From the NCBI RefSeq assembly GCF_004010195.1, contig NC_057748.1, positions 27,690,180-27,754,179 on the forward strand: a DNA stretch of 64,000 nucleotides, in the 5' to 3' direction. The notes beneath the pieces are model-generated. The model was not told the DNA's origin, searched no databases, and was given only the letters and a program-made list of their open reading frames with translations. Of this stretch, positions 1-11,159 are shown one piece after another (the first letter of the stretch is position 1; each line of letters starts with the position of its first letter). The translations under genes were made by a program, and so were the position numbers. This DNA comes from Chiloscyllium plagiosum (lineage: Eukaryota).

Positions 1-2635
1 AACTAATTAGGGAGACAATTCCATATTTCTTACTCCAGTCTGCCGGGCTCAGCTCGACAAAGTCCTGTGAAAGAATGAAGTGGGAGTGGGAATACATTCC
101 GTCAGTTGGATCTCCCTGAGCCTCGATTAACTGAGCTCTTTCTGTTTAAGCTGGCCTCCCTCCCTGTCCTTTCCTCGCTCGGCCCGTGAAAAGACAGATT
201 TTTATTAGATAATGAAGTCATCAAGGGAGAAAAGGGTTATTAGACCTTGAGGCCATGATCAGATTGAATAGCAGAGCAGGGTCAAAGGGCTCAATGGTCT
301 CCTCCTGCTCCTAGCTTCTGAGTCGCCCTTACCCTCGCTCTGTGGCTGTTCGTCTGCCTCAGGAATGTCGAAGGGGCCTGACAAATGAGGCTCAATGAAA
401 TATTGTTGGCTTGTGTAGCAAATACAATGTGCACTACATCAACGCCCAAGGAGTACTGCACTTGGCTTGTCAAGAAGGGTTTTTACCTGGTGGAGGCTGT
501 ACGTTATCATTACAGTGATAGCTCTAATAAACTCTACACCCCCCACATCCCCCAATGGAGTCCTTTTGACTCAAATGTGCAAGTATGCCTCTCCTTAACA
601 TCTTGTTTCCTTCCAAACACACACACTTTCACTTTTCCTCACACCCATGACGGTACACTAGATAGAAAAGGTATTCAACTGTGGGCACCATGGCAACGTG
701 ACCTGAAATGGCTCTATCCCTGCTGGATGTATCTTAGTGGCATAGCGTGTTACAGCATGGGGGCAGAACCAATTAGCCTTTGTACCTGCGGATTCAAAAT
801 GCAATGAAATTAATCTCATTAAAGATCGTCAAAATTGACCCCAATGAATTCTAACCAGAAGTTTTTCAATGCGAATCTCAGACTTGATGAATAAGCAATT
901 TTCAACACTAGTTCATTTCTTAAACAAAAGATTTAGGAAATTATTTGAAATGTCCAAAATTCAGTCGGACAAGACTGAGTAGTAAAGAGATTGGTCTATG
1001 CGATAGCACTTATGTTTTCATTCCCATTCACAGAAGAGAAGGCAGACAAATGAATACAGTTAAGGCATAAACAATTAAAAAATCCAGCCAGAAGACTTCA
1101 CTGGCTTTCATGATGTAATGTTCCACAAGCATAGGATAATGATTTCTTGACTTATATGTTGACTGTGTCGATCAGGGTCACCTCTCCAGCTCACTCAGAT
1201 AAAGGCACAAGTATTTATGACTTAGTTTTATTTTTTCTGTACTTCCAAAATCTGATAAACGATGTTAGACGGAGAACCTCCAAACCCTCATATTGTAACA
1301 GTAAAAGCAAACATTCCTTTTTTCTCATAGAAGACACTGTCTAAAACACAAATGAAACTCTGAGCACTCCTTGAAAGCATGACCATCTGCTTCACGAGGT
1401 CCCAACATATGCCATCTGCTTGAGCAGGTCTTTTCCAGAATTGCTCGAATCAATGACCAGGTATTCACGTCATTAATGGAAAACTTCTGTCCTCTGTTTA
1501 AGCTCTCCCCTGTTTATGAAGCAACTTCAGAACCTTCTGTTCAGGAACCTGGCCTCACAAATAAACAAAAGCATGTATCGTCTGTTTTCCTTTCAACACA
1601 AACTGGCATCCAGAGACGAAAAATCAACTTTAGTTCAGAGTTCACGCTCGAAACCAACATTGAGAAGAGATTTTACATTAAAATGATGAAAAAAAATCAT
1701 TGTAGTTTGTTCCAGATGGAGCTGACGGGCTCTGGATGCAGCATGTGAGGTAGTGTGTGACTGTGTTGGGGGATGGGGACGGAAGTCAGGGTGAGGATAG
1801 GCCGATCGGGGCATTGTTATTGATGGGAGATGGACAATTAGAGAAAAAGTAATGTGGCGACGGTTCAGGAATTATCAGACGTACTTGGTATCAAAATTCA
1901 AGAGTCTGCACCCAACAGGACATCCCTTTGCCTTTAATCAAGACACAGGATACTGGCCCAACTCAATAAACGCATGCAAAACACAGAAAAGAATATCTAA
2001 CGTCAGATGTCATTTCACAGTTTGACAGAATTTACTCAGTAATCGCACGTGATCTACGAATTGCACAAGCAGCTAATTTAGGTTACTTATTGGAGCTTGG
2101 AATGTGGTTGACTTATGCATGCTAGCTCCACACATGTAGATAGGAAGGGATATGTCCTCTCCAGCCAAAATGAACACCTCCGACTACTCTTGGACCAGCA
2201 TCCACTGCCTCCTTTTCGCTCCCGACAGAAAGGCAGCTCGAGATGATTGTATCAATATCAGCGCATTGGACCTTGTTGTAATCCAAATAGCCTCATTTTC
2301 TCTTGTGATATACATTATTGCTCCCTTTGAAATGTTGTATCCTTGTGTCTTGTCCTGATGAATTCAAACTATCTTTGACACCTTTGGTAAGACAAAATAC
2401 AAGGTTGATACAAGGCAGAGAAAGAGGCCATTCAGCCCATACCAGATCATACCAGTACTGATGCACCATTCCTGCCTCCTTGCATCTTCTCACATATTTT
2501 TCATTATGAGCCTTTATCCCCTCTTCCCTTCCACTTCTCCAGATTCCCCAGAAGTGCATCGATTTAATGCACTTCGCTACAGTTCACTCTCTGGAAGAGC
2601 AAGCTCAACTTCTCAAATTCCTTGCCTGACTTAAT

Positions 2636-3390
2636 CATAGAATCGTGAAGAGTCATGGAGTCCCACAGCATGAAGACAGGCCCTTTGGCACAATCTGGCC
2701 CATGCGAATAAAATGTCCACGCTGACCCCCATTGCCCTGCACTTGGCCCATATCCTTCTCAACCTTTTCTATCCATGTATTTGTCAAAATGTCTTTGAAA
2801 TTTTGTTAATGTGCCCTCCTCAACCACTGACACCAGCTGCTCATTCAACGTGTGTACTGCTCATTGTCTAAAAACGTTTTTGCTCGAGTTCCCTTTTATT
2901 CTTTCCCCTCTCGTCCTAAACGGATGCCCTCTAGTGCTCAATTCCCAAACCCTGAGAAAAACTCTGACAGCATTCACCCTATCCAGGCCTCTCATAACCT
3001 TATGCACTTCGATAAGTTCCCTCCTCAGTCTCTTATGCTCTAAAGGAAAAAAAAAAACCCCAGCTTTTCCACCTTCTACCTATAACTCAGACCGTTGAGT
3101 TCTGGCAACATTCTTGTCAATTTGTTCTGCACCGTTTCCAGTTTAATAGCATTCTTCTGATAGCAAGGTGGAGAGAACTGAACACAATACTCCAAGCTAA
3201 CGTGACCAACGTCCTGTGCAATTGCAAAATAGTTTCCCAATTTCTATACTCAGTGCCGTGACAAACAAAGGCCAATGTGCCAAAGGCCTTCTTTACTGAC
3301 CTGTGTCACTGCAACACATCTTTCGGAGAAGCGTCCATTTGAACTCCAAGGTTCCTCTGAACCACGAGATCCCTAAGGACCTCCCATTCA
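2636..3390 (-). mobile_element. CR1/HER1 LINE 3' fragment
   Basis: Typical antisense CR1 3' end (CAGAACTG..ACAATACTCCAAG; CATAGA tail); paralog at ~44520-45230. Confidence 0.75.
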
Positions 3391-3519
3391 TCATAATCGA
3401 ATCCATTGGGCCAGGAGGAGACAGTTCATCCCCTTCAATCAAGACGTGAGACTGAGTTGCATCTCAACTCCCTTAAAGCACATGTATAATTACTGAAGTA
3501 TTTAATCTCCTTTACCAAC

Positions 3520-4210
3520 GCAATCATTACAATGAGTCGGGTTGGAGTGAGGTGTGTGGAAATCGTGTTGCTGGGAAACAAAACAGGATCAGCCACATAA
3601 ATAGTCTAGCTTCAAAAGATGGGCAGAATCTGCGAACTCTGGGGTGGGCAACGTACCTCTTAACTTGCCAAACACTTTCCAACTTCAACAAGGTACAAGT
3701 CAGGAATGTGATGGAATATTCCCTGGTTGCCTCTCTGGGTGCAGTCCAACTGCACTCGAGAAGCTTGACATCATCCAGAATAAAGAAGCCGGCTTGATTG
3801 GCACTGCATCCACAACTGTCCATTCCCTTCATCACCGACACTCAGAAGCAGTAGAGTACCAACTACAAGACAAATTGCAGCAACTCTTCGAGGCTCCTGA
3901 AACAGCATCCTCAAATCCTACAGCCTCGACCCGCTAAGATGACAAGGGTAGCTTATACATGTGAGCACTACCACTTGCAAGTTCCCCTGAAGCCACACAT
4001 TCTAACTTGGACATCTCTCCTCCATTCCTCCAGTGTGGCCGTGTCAAGATGCTGGAATTATATCGCTAACTGCACTGTGGGTTTCTCTGTACCACCCAGG
4101 AACTGTGGCAGTTCAAGAAGGTGGCTCACCACTGCGGTCGCAAGTTGGAGCCAGGATTCGATAATAAAAGGTTGGCCAAAGATCAGTGCTCACATCCCCT
4201 GAAAGAATGA
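3520..4210 (+). mobile_element. CR1/L2-group LINE ORF2 C-terminal fragment
   Basis: KVQVRNVMEYS / LEKLDIIQNKEAGLIG; paralogs at ~29930-30520 and ~45380-46040. Confidence 0.7.
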
Positions 4211-5124
4211 AAATAATAAAAAGTGTTGACGTTGTGGAAGCTTGGTGTGCACAAATAGGCTGCCGTGTCAGCGTGATCACAAAATTACCACCGTACAAAA
4301 ATTAATTGCAAAACACGCAGGAACACGCTGAGGATGTGAACGGTGCTATATGAATGCAACTTTCTCGCTTATTCTGAGTGAGCAGCCTGCAACTAATCAG
4401 GCATGGCATGTTGAAGGACTGCGAGTGGAGCTCAAAGTCAGAGGAAGATAAAAAAAAAGTGCTGCAGGCATTTCCTGGCCAACATTGATTTGGAAATTCT
4501 ATTTCTTAAAAACAAAAGTAATTCGGTTCTGTTAAATGCAGCCCCTGGCTAGGTCGCAGAGGGCGAATGGAACCATAGATGAGGGGTTTCAGTTTAAATT
4601 TCGCCCTCCCCCTCCTCGCTCATGATCCTCTTGCGGAAGTAACGTTTCAATATCCATCAACAAACACCGATACTGAGCAAGAGGCTATTAGTTCTATAAG
4701 TGAAAATAAACATGATTTCTCCGAAGCATTTCAAGGATTTCTTAAAAACGCTTTACATCAAGTCAAGATTTCTTCAAGACTGGAGGAGAGTACATAAATG
4801 GGGAGGGGCGAATGGGCTTGAAGAGGTGAAAGAGGTAGTGAGGGACGAAGGGACTAGAGCAGGTAAAAGATTGGGAGAGTCTATAAGAGGTTGCATACAT
4901 AGGGAGCAGCGTCGCAGCTACAGTCAGGGAGGTATGTCGAATGTGGCCAAGGCTTCAGAGATAGGGAACACAGTAGGTGCTGGAGGATGTGCCAGATATG
5001 GAGAGGTGTACAGTTACTGGAGGAGGTTACATACAAAGGGAGGATGTTGGAGCTGGAGGAGGTAACAGAGACAGTGATGGGTTTTGAGTCTGGAAGGGGG
5101 TACAGAGATAGACTCATGGAGTTA

Positions 5125-5870
5125 TGCAAACCGGATATAGATCCTTTTGTCCAAATCATACAGATATGTTGATTTTATGTCGTCCCATTTGCCAGAATTT
5201 GACCCTTATCCTTCTAAACCCTTCTTATTCAAGTACCCATTTAAATGCCTTCTAAGCATTGTAATTGTACACACTTCTGCCATTTGTTCTGGCAGCTTAT
5301 TGCATACACACACTATCCTGTGTCTGAAAACGCTGCCCCTCAGGGCCCTTTTAAATCTCCTCCTCCCACCATAAAGCTATGCCCTCGAGGTTTTAACTAC
5401 CCTTTCCTGGGAAAAAGACCTTGGCTACTCACCCTATCCATACTTCTCATGAATTTATGAAGCTCTATAGTGTTTATAAGCCTCTCAGCCTCTTACGCTC
5501 TAGTTTCAATTGCCCCAACCAATTCAGCCTCTTCATTCAGCTCAAAGCTGCCAAACCTGGCAAATGATTGCGAATCTTTTCTGAACCCTTTCAAATTTAA
5601 CAACATCATTCATGTAGCAGAATTCAACGCAGTAGTCTAAAAGTGGCCAACCAAAATTCTGTACGCCTGCAACATGAGCTCCCAACTTCTATACTCAACG
5701 TACTGATTAATGACGGCAGGCATGCCAGAGGCTTTCTTCACCACCCTGTCACATGCGACTGGACATTGAAGAATCTGTGCACCTCCACGCCAGGTCTCTT
5801 TATTTGGCAACAATCCACACGGCTTCCCAGAAACCCGAAGTCCCATCTTGATTTGCATAGCCAAAATAAA
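5125..5870 (-). mobile_element. CR1 LINE 3' fragment
   Basis: Minus ORF KKASGMPAVINQYVEYRSWELMLQAYRILV; paralog at ~47390-48130. Confidence 0.75.
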
Positions 5871-5879
5871 AGATCTTAT

Positions 5880-8090
5880 TGGAATGTAGGGGCGAGGGAC
5901 GTTCATACAATTAGGGAAAGATTTGTAACTGGCGGAAGTGAGAGAAAGAGGCCGACTGTTGGAGATAGAGGAGATTACGGTGATAGGGAATCCCATAAGG
6001 TTTCAAAGACGTTTCAGTGTTAGAGACGGGGTGTCAGGGCTGCAGGAGGCCTTTGAGATAAAGTGATAATAAGACCCTGGAGGAGATTGCAGCGATATGT
6101 AGATGATTTCGCGCTGGAGAGGTTTGCAGAAAGAGGGAGATTTGTCGGAGCGGGTGGAGGTTAGAGAGATAAGGATAGGTGCAAGGGCTGGAGAAGGTTA
6201 CAGAGAGGAGAAGGGGTGTGAGCACTGCAGGAGGTAAGAGAGTTTGTCAGAATGTAGTGACAATGAAGCAGAGACGTGCAGAGGATGAAGGAGGTGAAAC
6301 ATTTAGGTAGGGGTTGTAGGAGGTGGGGGAGGTTACGAAGATGGGGAGAGGTGAGGAGTTTGGAAGATGTGGCAGAGATAGGGAGGGATATCGGGTCTGG
6401 AATCGCTCCCAGAAATAAGGGGAAGTGTGGGGTTGGTAGGATTTAAACGAGGTACAGTGTGATGTAGTATCTAAAGGATTTTATAGAGATAGGGAGGAAT
6501 TTTGTGGAGGGGATTGCAGAGATATAGAGGGTTGTAGGGCTGGTGGAGATAACAAGGGAATATTATAAGTACTTGAGGTGCTCAACGTCATGGGGATGTG
6601 TGTCGGCACTGGATGTGTTGACACATCAAGGAGGAATCTAAGGGATGGATGAAATATCAGAGATAGAGAAGTGTGTCAGAACGGGATGGGGAGGGGGTGT
6701 AGGAACTGGAGGGCTGCCAGAAGATAGAGACAGGGGCAGCAGCGGGTGGAGGTGACAGAGATTGGTAATAGTGCTAGTGTTGGAAGTAGATGCAGGGGTA
6801 AGTAAGGGTGTAGGGGCGATTGGAGATATATGGTGAATCGTATTGGGACCTGAGGTGTTTACAAAGATAGGGATGGGTGTAGGCACTGGAAGGTTTGTTT
6901 GAAATAGCGATGAACCAAAGTTTGGATGAAGTCATGGAGATAAATAGACATGTATGGTCGGGAGCAGATAACAGAGCTAAGGAGTGATATAGGGACTTGG
7001 TGAGCTGACAGGGATAGGGAGGAACATAGGGATGGTCGTAAGTAACACAGGTGGGGAGAGATGTATGAGTTTAAGAAGGACACAGAGATAAGAACGTGTC
7101 TCGGTGCATTAGGAGGTGACAGTGATAGAGAGGGGTGTAGGGCCTGGAGGAGTTTACAGAAATGGGGAGGGGACTAGGGGCTAGAGCACGTGGCAGAGAT
7201 AAGGACGAGTGTAGTGACAATAGTTGGTTACAGAAATAAAAACAATGTTGAGTCCGGATGAGATAACAGAGATAGGAAGAGTTTTAGTGTACAGAGGATC
7301 TTATAGAGATAGGGAGGAATGTTGTGAGTGGAGGGGATTGCACAGATATGGAGGGTAGTAGGGGCTGGTGGAAGTAAGAGTGAAAGAGCATAGGGATCTG
7401 ACATGATTACTACAAAAGTCAAGGGTGTGGGCAGAGATAGAAATAATGAGGAATCGAGGATCGGGGGAAAGTGGTGAAGACAGGAAAAGGAATGGAAAAT
7501 TGAAGGAGAGTATGGAGATAGTGCAGCATTTCAGTGCTGAGGGAGGTAAAAGAGATTTGAAGCGGTTCAGGCGCTGAAGAAGATTACTGAGATAGGAGAA
7601 ATTGGAGGAGCAGATAGTGATAGAGTGATGCATAGATTGGAGAATGTTACAGAGATATAAAGTGGTGTAGGGTCTGGAGTAATTTACAGAGAAATGGAGG
7701 GGTTCAAGAGCTGGAGGTGTTTTCAGAGTTCCAGAGGCAAAGGGCCTGAATAAGGCTTTAGAGATGTTGAGGTGGGTAGGTTTTGAGGAAGTAACAGAGA
7801 TAGGGAATAACAGAGGAACTTGAGGAGGTAATAGGGATAAAGAAGGATTTAGTGGCTGGAAGTGTTCAAAGAGATAGAGAGGCGGGTAAAGGCTTGAGGT
7901 GGTTACAGAAAGACGAATAGGTATAGGTCTTTGTTGAGGTGGCAGAGAGGAAAACGTGTGTTGATTGATAAGGCAGCAGATATGGGGAGGCGTGTAGGAG
8001 CGGGGGAATGTTACAGAAATAAGAAGGTGTGCAGGGAGAGGTATTGGTGCTGGATAAGTGAAAGCTGGTGTGAGATCTGGGGATTGAGTG
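5880..8090. repeat. Degenerate ~37-bp purine-rich minisatellite (GTAGGGCTGGAGGAGGTTACAGAGATAGGGAGG-like)
   Basis: Recurrent CTGGAGGAGG..ACAGAGATAGG units; also at 4788-5125. Confidence 0.85.
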
Positions 8091-9894
8091 ATGGGAACAG
8101 GAGTAAACTGGAGACTGTGAGAGTCCAGAGGGTGAAAAGCTCATCTCCACTTTGATTACTCAGAGTGACCGGTCTATCGTGGCCCCATTTGTGTAAATGT
8201 GTGACATGTCTAAGAAGGTAAGGGTTTGATGGAGCCTCTGCATTTTCCCTCCAGCTCGTGGGCGAAGCCACAGCCGCCTGTGTGATGTTTTGGGGCCGAC
8301 GACTGATGGTGCCACGAGTGTTGCTGCTGCTAATTGCTCAGCGATCAGAGAGATTTCAATTCCTCCAACGACATAACCCTTCCTTTCCCCTCCATCTGGA
8401 GCGAGGGACCAAACCACCTGCAGCCCCTCCACAAACAGGTCAAAAACAGCATCGTTTTGCCTCTTGGGAGCTAGATTGAGGCACTTGAAACGCCTTCCAG
8501 GTGCCCCGAGGTCGAGTCGTGTACTGCATTGAACGCAGATGCAGAGTCAACCTTGAAACCCCCTATTCGACTCTGTGAAGCATCATTCAGATGGCTTTAA
8601 TCAGATTGATAAAAGGGTGATGTTGTACAGCAGCTTTGAAAGCAAAAAGCCTTAAAATCAAACTGAGGACTCCATTTAAGAAACAGGAGGCCATTCAGCA
8701 CTTTGACCTTTCTCTTCCATTCACTACAATGAAAGATAATTATTTCACAACTGCACTTTCCTATCCCATATCCATCAATTCACTTAGTGCACAAATTTCT
8801 GCCCATTAGAATCTCTGACAGGCATCGAGAATGCCATAGATTCACCGGGCTCTGAGCGAAAGAATTTCTCTTCATCTCAGTCCAAATTAACTACTAGCTA
8901 TCCCAGCCCTTTCAGAAATATCCTGTATTCCATTCCGGCAACCTCAGCATATAACTCCACATTCTCCCACATCAAATTGCATTTACCACTTCCTTCCCCA
9001 TTTGTTGACTCAGTCTACATCCCGTTTCAGACTTTCTATTCCTCCTCAAAGTCAATTCTACCAAAGAGGTTCATTTCCCCCCTTCTGCGAGTTCACGTCA
9101 CTGATGGTTGCACCATTCCAGATTAAAAATTATTGTGAGACAAATGCTAGCAGTGCATCTCCTCTGCCAAGGGTGCTGACTCAGAGCAGCTTTGCGAATA
9201 TGTTTTTGAAAGTGATATGATTAATATTTCGAAAATATTTGAAGAGATCAGTCAAAACTTGTGTCTCAGAGTCCTAAAGGTCTTCAACACAGGAAAAGGC
9301 CATTCAGCCCAACATGTCTGCGCTGATGTAAAATGATCCCCTAACTAATCCAATCCCATTTTCTAGCACTTGCGTAACTAAATACATCTTCAATGTTATG
9401 GGGAATTCTCCGTTTACCACCCTTACAGGCAGTGCATTCCACATACCCACCACACTGTGGATGAAAACAGTTTTCCTCAAATGTTTTCGAAACGTCCTGC
9501 TCCTTACTTTAAATCTATGAAACAGGTCAGCATGAATGCATTGAGCTGAACGGCTTATTTCTGTGTGATAGCTTGTATGACTCTGTGACTTTGCGATACC
9601 ATGGAAGTTCAGAGAAGGAAAAGGGAAGTGTGAACCATTTTTAGAAGTCCATGTGTTCAGAAGGAAATGGACATAGGGTTCGGGCTAAAGGGATCAAAAG
9701 GTATTGGGGGACAAAGTGAAACAAGGGACTGATTTTTATGTTTAACCATGATCCTACTGAATGGCAGAGGCAGGTCTGATGGGCCGAATAGCCTATGTTT
9801 GCACTTACTTACTGTACTCCTATGAGAACCAAATCCAATCACATGTTAAGCACCACAAACATGGAAGCTCAGATTATGGACGTTGACTGAAAAG

Positions 9895-9975
9895 CCAGAA
9901 GGAGATCGGTGAAAACCTCTAGTGTCCAGTTGCCTGGTCGCTGGGCCTTCACTTACATTCCACTGAATCAATAGA
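9895..9975 (+). promoter_or_regulatory. V1 promoter block with degraded octamer
   Basis: Conserved ATCGGTGAAAACC block. ACTTACAT (9951-58) aligns with ATTTGCAT in the paralogs. Confidence 0.6.
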
Positions 9976-10100
9976 GGCGGGAAAGCCCTCTCCGATTTAC
10001 TGACACTAGGTGCAGAGGGGCTGTTGGGAGTTCACAACAAATGTTTCGATTAAAGGCAACACTCAGTCAGCTGACCGTTTCCGTGTATTCGCCAGCAGAA

Positions 10101-10579
10101 ATGCTTACGATGCTGTATCTGCTGCTCGGCTCGGCTGCTCCATGTAACAGGTCAGAAATTGCTCTGGATTAATGTCTGACCATTAAATACCCACGCCGTA
10201 CTGTTTCACACCTGCTGGCAAAATCTCTCAATCTGCGTGTTTTACTACTGCAGTTGTAGGCACTTTGGCTGTTCCTGTCCTCAATCCGAGGCCATCACCT
10301 GACCCAGTCTCTGCCGGTCAGACCACCCGATTGAAGTGTGCGATGCAGAACGGTTTTGTTGGCAGCTGCGATTTGCTCTGGTACCGACAGAGTCCCGGAG
10401 AAGCCCCGGTCTGGGTGATCAGGTATGAGCACGATAATGACATTTTCAGAGGCTTCACTGACAATTTCCAACCTTCTCGAGACACCTCCAGTAACATTTA
10501 CATCCTAACCATCGGAAACCTGGTCTCCGGTGACTTTTCCATCAATTACTGTCCTGTGTGGGATAGCTCAGTTGGTTAT
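10101..10579 (+). pseudogene. Ig light chain V1 (type I/sigma-cart, NS5-like): leader exon 10101-10150, intron, V exon 10260-10579
   Basis: V exon reads PVLN...SAGQTTRLKCAMQN...WYRQSPGEAPVWV...SRDTSSNIYILTIGNL...YCPVWDSS, with both Cys and the Trp present. GT at 10151 and AG at 10258-59. The leader exon is 50 nt versus 49 nt in the paralogs (+1 frameshift). There is a 6-nt in-frame loss in CDR2/FR3, and the octamer is degraded. Confidence 0.93.
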
Positions 10580-10607
10580 CACAGTGAGACAGACCAATAC
10601 AATAACT
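10580..10607 (+). promoter_or_regulatory. 12-RSS of V1
   Basis: CACAGTG (10580-86), 12-nt spacer, ACAATAACT (10599-607). Confidence 0.93.
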
Positions 10608-10933
10608 CAGGGTTCAGAACCGTTCAAATTGACAGCAGCGTCTGAAACATCACTACATGAGGACATAGCACTATCTTCAGCAATCCTCACTGTGCAAATT
10701 CCTGCAGAGCCCAGCTGAAATGTGAGGGCTTTCAGTCAGATCTCCAGAGATGTTAGTGTCTGGATTAAACCCTGCGCCGTCAGGGTCCTCAGAGGTGAGA
10801 GGGATTACTGAATCGCTATCTAGTCTGCGCATACGTCTTACCCACATACCTCTCATTTCCCCGAGAAAGGTGCAATGTGGAAAAAGACAAATTATTAATA
10901 CTTTTCCTCTTCGCCGCCTGCAGTTCTTGGTTG

Positions 10934-10972
10934 GGTCCTTGGTGGGACACAGCATTGGAACGCTCCTCTGTG
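10934..10972 (-). promoter_or_regulatory. 23-RSS of J1 (weak nonamer)
   Basis: On + it reads GGTCCTTGG, 23-nt spacer, CTCTGTG (consensus GGTTTTTGT/CACTGTG). Confidence 0.8.
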
Positions 10973-11010
10973 GTTCATCCTCGGAGGTGGGACCGCTCTG
11001 TCTGTTCACA
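10973..11010 (+). pseudogene. Ig light chain J1 segment
   Basis: FILGGGTALSVH (FGXG changed to LGGG), followed by donor GTAAAT at 11011. Confidence 0.87.
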
Positions 11011-11159
11011 GTAAATGATTCTGCTTTGTCTCTCTTTATCATTCAGATTAAATCAATTTTTATCCCTTCAGTGTCGATTCAGTTCTCCAAATTTCGCTAA
11101 TTCACAATTTGACACATTTCACAACAAATTGAACTTGCACACACAATTCAGTATTGTAA

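Noticed and set aside
10265-10645. ORF as a functional V gene
   Set aside because: The leader exon has a +1 frameshift, the octamer is degraded, J1 lacks the FGXG Phe, and C1 is dead
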